64,000 nucleotides of DNA from an uncultured Bacilli bacterium (GTDB taxonomy: Bacteria > Bacillota_I > Bacilli_A > RF39 > UBA660). Both the position numbers and the translations under genes were made by a program. The stretch spans positions 4,682 to 68,681 of the forward strand of contig CAKOJR010000001.1 of the NCBI GenBank assembly GCA_934090735.1. The letters run 5' to 3'. Below are positions 39,736-48,784 of the stretch, one piece after another. The notes beneath the pieces were generated by a model. That model worked only from the letters and a program-made list of their open reading frames with translations, was not told the origin of the DNA and did no database searches. Positions within the stretch are counted from its first letter, which is position 1; each line of letters opens with the position of its first letter.

Positions 39736-40471
39736 TGTTTTAAAACTAGTTAATGTAGAAAAGAGTTTTAATACTTTATCTGGTGAAGTGGAAGCAATAG
39801 GTGATGTATCTTTTGATGTTCATGATGGAGAAATTATTGGAATTGTTGGATCTAGTGGATGTGGTAAGAGTACGCTTTTAAATATTATTGCAGGTTTAGA
39901 TAAGGAAACTGGTGGTAATGTTATAAGGTATAAGAGTAATTATGGATATATGCTGCAAAGTGATGCATTACTTCCGTATAAAAATGTACTTGATAATGCA
40001 ACGCTTGGTTTAAAACTTAAGAAGATGCTAAATGATGAAACGTTAAATTATACAAAAAAATTACTTTCACAGTTTGGTTTAGATAAATTTTTAGAAAAAA
40101 TGCCGTCAGAACTTTCTGGAGGCATGAGACAAAGAGTTGCTCTTGCTAGAACGCTTGCAATAAAGCCGGATTTGGTTTTACTTGATGAACCACTTTCTGC
40201 TCTTGATTATGTAACTAGACTAACAATAACTGATGATATTTATAAAATATTAAAGGAACTTAAAGTTACTACTATATTAATAAGTCATGATATTGCAGAG
40301 TGTGTTTCATTTTGTGATAGGGTTATAGTTCTTTCTAAAAGGCCTGCTAGAGTTAAGAATATATATGAGATAAATCTTTTGGGTGATACTCCTTCTAAAA
40401 AGCGAAAAGCTAATAATTTTTATGATTATTATGATAAGATATGGGGTGATTTAGATAAAGACATCTCTTAG
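39728..40471 (+). CDS. ABC transporter ATP-binding protein (SsuB/TauB-like)
   Basis: Walker A GSSGCGKST, signature LSGGMRQRVALAR, Walker B LLDEPLSALD. Confidence 0.85.
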   Translation: MNDVLKLVNVEKSFNTLSGEVEAIGDVSFDVHDGEIIGIVGSSGCGKSTLLNIIAGLDKETGGNVIRYKSNYGYMLQSDALLPYKNVLDNATLGLKLKKMLNDETLNYTKKLLSQFGLDKFLEKMPSELSGGMRQRVALARTLAIKPDLVLLDEPLSALDYVTRLTITDDIYKILKELKVTTILISHDIAECVSFCDRVIVLSKRPARVKNIYEINLLGDTPSKKRKANNFYDYYDKIWGDLDKDIS

Positions 40472-40523
40472 ACAAAAAAGATTTTTAAAAAGAAGAAAGT
40501 TAGAATCTTTTAGTGTTATTTTC

Positions 40524-41237
40524 TTGCAAGTATTTATTTTAATATTGTTTTTAGGATTATGGCAGGTGCTTAGTGATAAGGGAGTAATTAATAGTTTTAT
40601 TTTTTCTAGTCCATATAAAGTAATGATGTCGATTAAGGGGTTACTTGTTAGTGGAGAGCTTTATAATCATGTGTATACAACTTTAAAGGAGATAATGCTT
40701 AGTTTTACGATTGGTTCTTTATTAGGTTTTGTTTTAGCTGTAACATTTTATTTAGTACCTTTTTTAAAGAGAGTGATGGATCCATATCTTACACTTTTTA
40801 ATAGTTTACCTAAGGTATCTTTGGGACCAATATTAATTATTTGGTTAGGTGCTAATATGAAATCTATTGTGGTAATGAGTTTACTTATTAATGTTATTGT
40901 AACACTTGTGACGATTTATAACGGGCTGGTTACAACAGATGTTTATAAGATAAAGATGTTTAAAAGTTTTGGAGCAAGTACTTATCAGATTATGACTAAG
41001 TTAGTGATTGCTAGTAATAAGAAGACAATCTTTTCTAGTTTGAAATTAAATATTTCGATGAGTTTAATTGGTGTTATTATGGGAGAATTTTTAGTAAGTA
41101 AAGCAGGCGTTGGTTATTTAATTTTATATGGAACTCAGGTATTTAATTTAACACTTGTAATGGCAGGAATTGTTATTATTATGATTATTTCATTTATCTT
41201 ATATGAAGCATTAGATATATTTGAGAAGAAATGTTAA
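40524..41237 (+). CDS. ABC transporter permease (SsuC/BPD family)
   Basis: 6 TM permease. TTG start; upstream in-frame segment RQKRFLKRRKLESFSVIF lacks a canonical start, so the true start may be non-canonical. Confidence 0.7.
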   Translation: MQVFILILFLGLWQVLSDKGVINSFIFSSPYKVMMSIKGLLVSGELYNHVYTTLKEIMLSFTIGSLLGFVLAVTFYLVPFLKRVMDPYLTLFNSLPKVSLGPILIIWLGANMKSIVVMSLLINVIVTLVTIYNGLVTTDVYKIKMFKSFGASTYQIMTKLVIASNKKTIFSSLKLNISMSLIGVIMGEFLVSKAGVGYLILYGTQVFNLTLVMAGIVIIMIISFILYEALDIFEKKC

Positions 41238-41308
41238 GAGCTTTATGGCTCTTTTTAAGTTGCTAAGAATATTTATTTTTTATATAATATTTATAAGGTA
41301 GGAGGATT

Positions 41309-42211
41309 ATGAAAAGGAAAGTATTTTTGTTAGTGGTTCTTGTTTTAATAATTACTGGTTGTGGTAAGAAAGAAGATGAAGTAAAGTTAAATAGTTTAAA
41401 AGAAGAGGTAATGTATAATAAAAAGATAGAGGATGATAGTTATTATAAGAAGATAAGTGGTGATGTTATTAATGATGGTACTTTATTTTCAGAAATGGCA
41501 TTTATTACTGGGCATGAGGCTTATATATTTGATCCGTCTAGTTTAAAGGAAGGTAATTTTAAATATAAGAAGGTTTTTGATATTCCAGAGGAAGTAAACG
41601 TGCTTAGTATGGATATTCCTTATGGAGCAGATATTTCTTTTTATTCAGATAATAATAAGAAGTATACTTTTAGGGATAGTAATTATGACAGGAATGTCGA
41701 AGACACGTATGCTTATTATGATAATGCGATATATAGTTCTAGTGATTATGTAGCTCATGATTATAGTGATTATTTTAAAGTGCCAATTAGTTATGATTTG
41801 ATGGGTAATTTGTTTTATGCTAAAGATAATGTTTTGTATAAGAAAAATTATGGTTATTATGATTTTATTAAGAAGATAAATATTGATGATAGTATTAGTA
41901 AAATTGATGGTAATTATGAAGGAGAAAAAATACTAAAAATTTATAATCAGAGAATTGTTAAAACAGATAAGGCTTTTTATGAAGTTGTAGAGTATTATAA
42001 AGATGGGGTTCTTAGTACGACTACTTTAAAGATGAATTTATTAAGTAAGTATTATGATGAAGTATTAACACTTACTTATGAGTATGTAATACTTAAGGAT
42101 TATACAATAATACCAATAAATGATACTTTAGTGAATAATCATGGTAAGGAGTATAATGCAAACTTTTATTTAAAGAAGTATGAAAGTGATTTAGATACAT
42201 TTGAAGAGTAA
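41309..42211 (+). CDS. Putative lipoprotein
   Basis: MKRKVFLLVVLVLIITGCG lipobox; Tyr/Asn-rich; 300 aa. Confidence 0.55.
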   Translation: MKRKVFLLVVLVLIITGCGKKEDEVKLNSLKEEVMYNKKIEDDSYYKKISGDVINDGTLFSEMAFITGHEAYIFDPSSLKEGNFKYKKVFDIPEEVNVLSMDIPYGADISFYSDNNKKYTFRDSNYDRNVEDTYAYYDNAIYSSSDYVAHDYSDYFKVPISYDLMGNLFYAKDNVLYKKNYGYYDFIKKINIDDSISKIDGNYEGEKILKIYNQRIVKTDKAFYEVVEYYKDGVLSTTTLKMNLLSKYYDEVLTLTYEYVILKDYTIIPINDTLVNNHGKEYNANFYLKKYESDLDTFEE

Positions 42212-42309
42212 AAGCTCTTCTTTTTAAAAGTCTTGTAAAATGGTAGGCATGTTATTTACAAGTTTGGAAAAGTCTGTTATAATTTTTTTAGAATAGGAAG
42301 GGTTGTACG

Positions 42310-43773
42310 ATGATAAACTTGATAAATGAGATAAATAGTAAGTTAAAAGCAATTATTAGTGAGTTAGAAGATAAGAAAAGTGAATGTGAAAGTGTTTTAG
42401 ATGATGTTAAGTCTAAAATTGATAAGAAAATTGATGAAGCCAAAAGGTATAAAGTTGACGTTGATAGTGCCAAGGATAAAATTAAAACATTAGAAGAAGA
42501 AATAAAGGCACTTGAAATTGATTTAACTGATTTAAACGAGAGGTTTGGTAAGAAAGACTTAAATGCAATTGTTGAAGCTGGTAATAAAGAGATTAATGCG
42601 AAAATGATTGCTAAACAAAATGAGATTACTAAATATCGTGAAAAAATTGGTGAACTTACTGAAAAGGCCAGAGCTATTAAAGACTTACTAATTAATTTAA
42701 AAAAGGATAAGGAAATTAAAACTGAAAGATTATCTAATTATACAAAAGCTTTAGAGTATTATTCTAAGGAATTAAATCGTATAATTGATTTTGCATCTGA
42801 AAACCCAGATAATTTAATTTTTGAACCTACTTATGAGGTTAAGAAATATGAGGATGTTAATTTAGATAGTCCTGTGTTTGATGAAATTAGTCAAATGGAT
42901 GAACCAGATGAAGAAGAGGAAACTACGGCTAGTGTTAGTGAACCAGAACCTGATGTAAAAACTTTAGAAGAGCCAGCAACAACAGATTATCAAAAAATAG
43001 ATTTTAAAGCTTTAAATGACTCTATAGATAGTGAGTATGCAAGTATTTTTGGAACTGGATTAGATGATGAGGAAGAAAAGACTGATTTAAAAGAACCAGC
43101 TACTGAACCTGAAGTTCATACAGAAAGTGAGAAATCTGAAGAATCTGTTCTTCAGGAAAAGAAGGAAGAATCTAAGGATGAAAGCTTAAATATTTTTGAC
43201 CATGAAAATGTAAGTGATGGAGGATTTAGTTTTGGTGGTTTAAGTGAAGCAGATTTGAATATGGAGCCTGAAGTAGAACCTGAACCAGTTACTACTGATA
43301 ATACAATGAATTCTACTGATACGGAAAAAGAAAATAGTTTAAGTTTTGAACCTGTTGAAGAAAAAAATGATAATGAAAATGAACTTATTAACTTATTTAC
43401 AGAAAATGGAGTAGATTATTATAATTTTACTAAAGCAGACCAAGATAGATTAAAAGCTAATTATAATAAAGAAATGTATAAGAAAGTATTTGATGTTTTA
43501 AAGAGAAACAATATTAAGCTAGATGAAATTTATGAATCAGCTGATATATTCACAACTAGTACACCAGCTGAAATAGAACATGTAATTAGTAAACTTTTAC
43601 TTGCAGGACAAACTACTAGTAATATAAGTTATGTTTTATCTGCATTACCACTTATCAATAGTTTTGATTTAAATGAAGTTATTAAGAGTTATGGACCTAA
43701 AGTTAGTGAAGCAAATATTACAGATTTGATTGTAAAAGCTAAACATTTGAATGATTTAGGAGGTAACAGATAA
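42310..43773 (+). CDS. Coiled-coil / acidic-linker protein (hypothetical)
   Basis: N-terminal heptad region, Glu/Asp-rich low-complexity centre, C-terminal helical domain; translationally coupled to next ORF. Confidence 0.5.
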   Translation: MINLINEINSKLKAIISELEDKKSECESVLDDVKSKIDKKIDEAKRYKVDVDSAKDKIKTLEEEIKALEIDLTDLNERFGKKDLNAIVEAGNKEINAKMIAKQNEITKYREKIGELTEKARAIKDLLINLKKDKEIKTERLSNYTKALEYYSKELNRIIDFASENPDNLIFEPTYEVKKYEDVNLDSPVFDEISQMDEPDEEEETTASVSEPEPDVKTLEEPATTDYQKIDFKALNDSIDSEYASIFGTGLDDEEEKTDLKEPATEPEVHTESEKSEESVLQEKKEESKDESLNIFDHENVSDGGFSFGGLSEADLNMEPEVEPEPVTTDNTMNSTDTEKENSLSFEPVEEKNDNENELINLFTENGVDYYNFTKADQDRLKANYNKEMYKKVFDVLKRNNIKLDEIYESADIFTTSTPAEIEHVISKLLLAGQTTSNISYVLSALPLINSFDLNEVIKSYGPKVSEANITDLIVKAKHLNDLGGNR

Positions 43774-44060
43774 TGAATTATTTAAAAGATTTAGGATTAA
43801 CTGATGATGATATTACAATGATTAATGGTTCAAGTGAAGCTAGTGTAATTGAGAAACTTAAATTATTTCCATCATTAGTTAAAGAGAATTATACTTATTT
43901 AAAAGGAATTGGTATAAAGAATTATAAAGAGGTGTTTATGGGACATACTCATATGTTCTTTATAAATCCAGACAGATTTAGAGCAATCTTTGAGAAGTAT
44001 GATCATGCAGATTTGATTAGATGCTTAGAGAAGAATGCTGCAGTAATTGAAAAATTATAA
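43773..44060 (+). CDS. Small helical protein (hypothetical), coupled to upstream gene
   Basis: TAATG overlap; 95 aa; terminator after. Confidence 0.45.
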   Translation: MNYLKDLGLTDDDITMINGSSEASVIEKLKLFPSLVKENYTYLKGIGIKNYKEVFMGHTHMFFINPDRFRAIFEKYDHADLIRCLEKNAAVIEKL

Positions 44061-44061
44061 T

Positions 44062-44090
44062 AAAAACCTAATTTAGGTTTTTATTTTTTC
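44062..44090 (+). terminator. Rho-independent terminator
   Basis: aaaaaccta/taggttttt hairpin followed by T-run. Confidence 0.55.
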
Positions 44091-44129
44091 TTTAAATACT
44101 TAATTATGCATGTTATAATGTGAATTAGA

Positions 44130-44654
44130 ATGGTAGAAGATAATATGAAATATAATATAGGTGAAAATGTACTTATAAAAAAAGCAAGTATTGATGACTT
44201 AGATAAAATATTAAATTTTCAAAAGAATATAATAGATAGAATGCCAAATAAAGAATTTTTTACTCCTTTAACTGAGCATGAATTTGTTTATCCAATTGAA
44301 AATAATGGATTAGTTTATTTATTATATTATGATAATACTTTAATTGGGTTATTTGTATTAACTATTAATCCTGAGGATGACATACTAGATGAGTATCAGT
44401 TAGACAGTCCTTTAGATGTTGCAATATTTGATAGTGTTATGATAGAGGATAAGTATAGAGGATATGGTTTACAATTACAAGGCATGAAATTAATAAATAA
44501 AGGTGCGCATGAACTTGGTGTAAAAAGAATTGTAGCAACAATTCATCCAAATAATAAATATAGTTTAGATAATTTTTTGAAGGATAATTATAAAATTATC
44601 AATCAGATAGAAATTCATGGTGGACCAAGATATATAGTGGAAAGATTTGTGTGA
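44130..44654 (+). CDS. GNAT-family N-acetyltransferase
   Basis: GNAT motif A region RGYGLQLQG and overall pattern. Start 44130 or 44145. Confidence 0.6.
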   Translation: MVEDNMKYNIGENVLIKKASIDDLDKILNFQKNIIDRMPNKEFFTPLTEHEFVYPIENNGLVYLLYYDNTLIGLFVLTINPEDDILDEYQLDSPLDVAIFDSVMIEDKYRGYGLQLQGMKLINKGAHELGVKRIVATIHPNNKYSLDNFLKDNYKIINQIEIHGGPRYIVERFV

Positions 44655-44663
44655 GGTAGATTT

Positions 44664-44978
44664 ATGAGTAAATATATAATGATAACAAGTACATTTGATA
44701 ATATGGATGAATTAGAGAAAGTATCACGTATATTGCTTGAAAAGAGATTAGTGAGTTGCACGCAGGTATCCACTATAAAATCCACTTATTACTGGAAGAG
44801 AAAGTTAGTTACTTCTGATGAGTATTTATTAATGATGAAAACTAAAAAAGTGTTATATTCTGAGGTTGAAAAAGTTATTTTAGAAAATCATAGTTATGAA
44901 GTTCCCCAGATTGTAGCTTATGATATTTGTATGGGGTATTCTAAATATTTAAAATGGATTGATGAAGAAACGAAGTAG
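44664..44978 (+). CDS. cutA: Divalent-cation tolerance protein CutA
   Basis: CutA1 pattern including CTQVSTIKSTYYWKRK...HSYEVPQIVAYDI...YLKWI. Confidence 0.7.
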   Translation: MSKYIMITSTFDNMDELEKVSRILLEKRLVSCTQVSTIKSTYYWKRKLVTSDEYLLMMKTKKVLYSEVEKVILENHSYEVPQIVAYDICMGYSKYLKWIDEETK

Positions 44979-44990
44979 AGGTAAAGAAAT

Positions 44991-45500
44991 ATGACTGATA
45001 GTGGTAAAAGTTTATTACTTGTAATAGACTTACAAAAGAGTTTTATAAATGTTAATACTTCTTTAATTCCTTTAAAGGTTGAGGGGTTAATAAGAAATAA
45101 TAATTTTGATTATGTGGCATTTACTAAGTTTGTGAATTTTGATACTTGTAATTTTAATACTATGTTAAATTACAGGGGATGTATGAGTGAAGAAGAAAGA
45201 AATATAGTGATAGATACCGGCGATAATAAAATATTTTGTAAAAGTATTTATTCTGCTTTAAATGATGAACTTGTTAATTATATAAATGATAACAATATAG
45301 ATATAATATATTTGTGCGGTATTGATACTGATGCATGTGTGTTAAAGACAGCAATTGATTTATTTGAAAATAATTATAATTTTAGAGTTATTGAAAATTG
45401 CTCTATGAGTCACTCTGGTAAAGAGTTTCATGAGTTTGCGGTTAAAATGTTAAAGAAATTAGTTGGAGAGCAAAATATAATTTCTTTGGAGTGTGATTAA
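44991..45500 (+). CDS. Isochorismatase-family cysteine hydrolase
   Basis: LLLVIDLQKSF and YLCGIDTDACV catalytic-Cys region. Confidence 0.65.
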   Translation: MTDSGKSLLLVIDLQKSFINVNTSLIPLKVEGLIRNNNFDYVAFTKFVNFDTCNFNTMLNYRGCMSEEERNIVIDTGDNKIFCKSIYSALNDELVNYINDNNIDIIYLCGIDTDACVLKTAIDLFENNYNFRVIENCSMSHSGKEFHEFAVKMLKKLVGEQNIISLECD

Positions 45501-45670
45501 GAATGAAAGTGCCTTTAAGATTTCAAATTACTGAGTTTGATTGTGATACAGTGTCTCTTTTAAATGCTTTAAGTTATTTATATGAAAGAGAGGAAATACC
45601 AGCATTACTTGTTAAACAAATTCATTAATATATGCCAGATTGTATTAATTAGTAGAAGAGTTAGAGATAA

Positions 45671-46384
45671 ATGAGAGTAGTCGTAGTTGGGTCTGGAAGT
45701 ATGTGGACTCGTTATAATAGTGCTTGTTATATGGTAGATGATAATATAATGGTAGATTTTCCGAATGGGGCTTGTAAATATTTATATAGAAATGGTGTTG
45801 ATATTAAGAAAATTAATCATGTTTTAATCACACACTTTCATGGTGATCATTATTTTGATATACCGTTTTATGTATTAAAAAAGTCAAAAAGTGGTGATAC
45901 AAATTCGGTTATTTATTGTTCTAAAGATGGAAAATCTAAAATTAAAAAAATTGGACATTTAGCTTTTCCGAATTCTTTTGAGGAAGCTGTTAATGATAGT
46001 GAGTTAAAATTTCGCTGTAAAGATAGTTTTGAAATAAATGAATATTTAATTAGTAGAGTTTTAGTTGATCATGGAAGAATGAAACCTGCATATGGATATA
46101 TTTTTAATGATGGAGATAAAATAGTTGGTTTTACAGGAGATACTTCATTATGCGATAATGTTGAGTTAATGGCTAATAAATGTTCTTATTTATTTTGTGA
46201 TTGTATGAGATGTGAAGGAAATAGTAAGCATATGGGAATAGATAATTTGGAATATCTTTCTAAAACTTATATAACCTGTACTTTTGTGGTTAGTCATTTA
46301 GATGATGAAACAAGAGATGCGTTAATTAAACTTAATTTAGAAAATGTTATAGTTCCTGAAGATTATCAAATATTTAATATATAA
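45671..46384 (+). CDS. MBL-fold metallo-hydrolase
   Basis: HVLITHFHGDHY (HxHxDH) motif. Confidence 0.65.
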   Translation: MRVVVVGSGSMWTRYNSACYMVDDNIMVDFPNGACKYLYRNGVDIKKINHVLITHFHGDHYFDIPFYVLKKSKSGDTNSVIYCSKDGKSKIKKIGHLAFPNSFEEAVNDSELKFRCKDSFEINEYLISRVLVDHGRMKPAYGYIFNDGDKIVGFTGDTSLCDNVELMANKCSYLFCDCMRCEGNSKHMGIDNLEYLSKTYITCTFVVSHLDDETRDALIKLNLENVIVPEDYQIFNI

Positions 46385-46393
46385 GGAAATATT

Positions 46394-47259
46394 ATGAGTG
46401 ATAAAGTAAAAGGTATTATATTTTTATTTTTATCTGCTTTTTTATATGGTTTGAATGTACCAATTTCTAAGTATTATTTAAATGATTTATCATCTAATGA
46501 GTTACTTTTTTTTATATTTTGGTGCAAGTATTGGTATGGCTTTGATTATTTTATTTAATAAAAATAGAAAATCATCTTTTATACTAGATAAAAAAATGAA
46601 GTATCAAGTTTTTGGAGTGGTACTTTGCGATATGTCTGCTTCTTTGTTTATTGTTGAATCTTTAAAGTATCTTAGTGCAAGTGTGGTTTCTTTATTAAGT
46701 GTTTTAGAGATAGGAGCAACTATTTTAATTTCAGTAGTTTTATTTAAAAAGAAAATTAGTAAAAAATTATTATTGTCTTTAATATCAGTTACTATTGGCG
46801 GAATGTTGCTTTCTGTTGATGGGTTATTTAATGATAAGTTATCATTAATGGTATTGCTTGTTGTGGTAGCTACAATTTTGTGGGGTACTGAAAATAATTT
46901 AACTGCAAGTGTTAGTGATAAAAATTCTCTAGCATTAGTTTTTTATAAATGTCTTGGAGTAGCTATTTTTAATTTAATTTTTATAATAGATAGTAATATT
47001 TTGTCTTTAGTTTTTAATAATTTGTATTTATTATTAATTGGCTTTTTTACATATGGTCTAAGTATTTTGTTTTTTGCTTACGGAACAAAGTTTATTGGTG
47101 CTGGAAGAACTGCAATTATTTTTTTCATTGAGTCCTATTTTTAGTATGATAATGAGTATTATTGTTTTTAAAAGTGAAGTTAATTTATTATTTATTAATA
47201 GTTTAATTTTTATGATTATAGGTATTTATTTAACAGCTAGCGATAAAAACGATGATTAA
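46394..47259 (+). pseudogene. EamA/DMT-family transporter gene disrupted by two +1T homopolymer frameshifts
   Basis: N-terminal MSDKVKGIIFLFLSAFLYGLNVPISKYY in frame 2 stops at 46556. The gene continues in frame 0 after a T8 run (46506-46513), then shifts again after a T7 run (47119-47125) into the frame encoding ...SPIFSMIMSIIVF...IGIYL. Removing one T at each run restores a single about 287-aa EamA ORF. Confidence 0.65.
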
Positions 47260-47302
47260 AAATTACAGATTTTAAAGGTCTGTAAGCCCGGTAAATAATG
47301 GG

Positions 47303-47331
47303 ATTGCATCACTTAAAACTTTATGTTAATA
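47303..47331 (+). promoter_or_regulatory. Promoter of toxin mRNA copy 1 (TTGCAT-17-TAATAT)
   Basis: -35 TTGCAT 47303-47308, 17-nt spacer, -10 TAATAT 47326-47331. Hexamers and spacing are conserved in copy 2 although the flanks diverge. Confidence 0.6.
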
Positions 47332-47393
47332 TACCTCTTTGAAGAGTACTATGTTAGGCTTCTCCTTTCTATAAAAAGAAGGGAGTGATGTAT

Positions 47394-47483
47394 ATGAAAA
47401 AATTAAAGTCTGTTTTAGATAATTTAATTATCATAATCGTCCTTTTAATTATTTTAAAGGTAATTGTTATTATTTTTAGATAA
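47394..47483 (+). CDS. 29-aa hydrophobic peptide MKKLKSVLDNLIIIIVLLIILKVIVIIFR, putative type I toxin (copy 1)
   Basis: AAGGGAG SD 9 nt upstream; single TM-like peptide. 5' UTR gaagagtactatgttaggcttctcc is complementary to 3' UTR ggagaagcctaac...gttagtgctcttcc (47537-47570). Confidence 0.6.
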   Translation: MKKLKSVLDNLIIIIVLLIILKVIVIIFR

Positions 47484-47484
47484 A

Positions 47485-47572
47485 ATAAAAGAAGCTACTA
47501 GCATTACCTGTTAAGTAGCTTCAAAAGTCAATACTGGAGAAGCCTAACTTTCAGGGGTTAGTGCTCTTCCTT
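47485..47572 (-). ncRNA. Putative cis-antisense antitoxin sRNA (copy 1), overlapping toxin 3' UTR
   Basis: Minus-strand promoter TTGAAT (rc of 47603-47608), 18-nt spacer, TATAAT (rc of 47579-47584). Minus-strand terminator hairpin gaagctact...agtagcttc (47491-47519) followed by T-run (rc of 47482-47490). Confidence 0.5.
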
Positions 47573-47669
47573 AAATTAATTATACTACAAATTGCTTATA
47601 TTATTCAAGTGCTTTTTTATATGAAAATTACAGATTTTAAAAGTCTGCAAACCAGCATAAATAAAGGGC

Positions 47670-47698
47670 TTGCATGAGTTTTAAGTTTGCGATAATAT
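47670..47698 (+). promoter_or_regulatory. Promoter of toxin mRNA copy 2 (TTGCAT-17-TAATAT)
   Basis: -35 47670-47675, -10 47693-47698. Confidence 0.6.
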
Positions 47699-47760
47699 AC
47701 TTACTTGAAGAGTACTATGTTAGGCTTCTCCTTTCTATAAAAAGAGGGGGAGTGATGTAT

Positions 47761-47850
47761 ATGAAAAAATTAAAGTCTATTTTAGATAATTTAATTATCA
47801 TAATCGTCCTTTTAATTATTTTAAAGGTAATTGTTATTATTTTTAGATAA
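47761..47850 (+). CDS. 29-aa hydrophobic peptide MKKLKSILDNLIIIIVLLIILKVIVIIFR, putative type I toxin (copy 2)
   Basis: Identical to copy 1 except V7I; same SD and UTR complementarity. Confidence 0.6.
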   Translation: MKKLKSILDNLIIIIVLLIILKVIVIIFR

Positions 47851-47851
47851 A

Positions 47852-47938
47852 TAAAAGAAGCTACTAGCATTACCTGTTAAGTAGCTTCAAAACATATACG
47901 TGGAGAAGCCTAACTTTCAGGGGTTAGTGCTCTTCCCT
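47852..47938 (-). ncRNA. Putative cis-antisense antitoxin sRNA (copy 2)
   Basis: Minus-strand TTGTAT-18-TATAAT promoter (rc around 47945-47974) and terminator hairpin plus T-run mirrored from copy 1. Confidence 0.45.
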
Positions 47939-47983
47939 AAATTAATTATACAACATTAAAGCTAATTTATACAAGTTTTTTTC

Positions 47984-48012
47984 TTGAAATAAGTATTTTC
48001 ATTTGATATACT
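47984..48012 (+). promoter_or_regulatory. Promoter (TTGAAA-17-TATACT) for tyrS-operon T-box leader
   Basis: -35 47984-47989, -10 48007-48012. Confidence 0.5.
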
Positions 48013-48017
48013 ATCTT

Positions 48018-48150
48018 TGTTAGTGATGAAGAGATTTACGACCTTGGAGCTAAAACGTGAAAGTCGCGTTAAGATTAGAGAGCATGTAATCATGAATTAA
48101 GGTGGTACCGCGGATTTTATTCGTCCTTTAGTTTATGATTTTTTTTGTGG
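48018..48150 (+). promoter_or_regulatory. T-box riboswitch leader (Tyr specifier UAC)
   Basis: gatTTACgacc specifier region, AGAGAG box, T-box AATTAAGGTGGTACCGCGG (48098-48116), TCGTCCTTT, T-run terminator ending about 48148. Confidence 0.75.
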
Positions 48151-48158
48151 AGGAATTT

Positions 48159-48773
48159 ATGATTAAAAGAATAATATTTGATGTTGATAACACCCTTTTA
48201 AATACGTATAAAGATTGCATAAATGCTTATACAGAGTTTTTAAAAGATTATCCTAATATTAAACCTAAGATGTTTTATGATACTATTGGAGAGTTTGAAT
48301 TAAAAGGCATTGGATTTGATAAAGATGAACTTTCTAAATATATTAGTGATAGATTAAAGATTATGTTTAATAAAAATGATTTAAATAAATGTTTAGATAT
48401 TTATGCAGGATATTCAACTTTATTAAATGATGATACTAGTGATGTTCTTGATTATTTAAGTAACAAGTATACTTTAGTAGTGCTTACTAATTGGTATACT
48501 GAAGCACAAAAAGGAAGATTACGATACCACGGCTTAGATAAATATTTTAAGAATATATATGGATGTGAATATGGTATGAAGCCAAATAAAGATTTTTTTG
48601 ATTTAGCAAAAGAAGATGATAATTATGATGAATGTGTAATGGTTGGAGATAGTTTATCTAGTGATATTAATCCAGCTAAAGCACTTGGAATGAAAACTAT
48701 TTATATAAGTAAAGATAATGAGAATACTGATAGTACAATAAATGATATAAAAAAATTAAAAGATATATTATAG
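48159..48773 (+). CDS. HAD-superfamily hydrolase
   Basis: IIFDVDNTLL (DxDxT) motif I, later K and GDSxxD motifs; GGAGGA SD. Sits between the T-box and tyrS. Confidence 0.7.
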   Translation: MIKRIIFDVDNTLLNTYKDCINAYTEFLKDYPNIKPKMFYDTIGEFELKGIGFDKDELSKYISDRLKIMFNKNDLNKCLDIYAGYSTLLNDDTSDVLDYLSNKYTLVVLTNWYTEAQKGRLRYHGLDKYFKNIYGCEYGMKPNKDFFDLAKEDDNYDECVMVGDSLSSDINPAKALGMKTIYISKDNENTDSTINDIKKLKDIL

Positions 48774-48784
48774 GAGGAGATATT

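Larger units (their letters stand above)
47262..47626 (+). repeat. Tandem repeat unit 1 (about 366 bp) carrying a type I toxin-antitoxin-like module
   Basis: Direct repeat of 47627-47990. ORF, promoters and 5'/3' complementary segments are near-identical; the upstream promoter-proximal part is more diverged. Confidence 0.8.
47627..47990 (+). repeat. Tandem repeat unit 2 carrying a second type I TA-like module
   Basis: See unit 1. Confidence 0.8.

Noticed and set aside
45503-45628. 41-aa ORF (MKVPLRFQITEFDCDTVSLLNALSYLYEREEIPALLVKQIH) after the isochorismatase gene
   Set aside because: Short, no clear SD or conservation evidence; could be real but unsupported from sequence alone.
47260-48130. 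CRISPR array or other short-period repeat in the tandem-repeat region
   Set aside because: Only two copies of a long (about 366 bp) unit containing promoters and an ORF; no short repeat-spacer periodicity.
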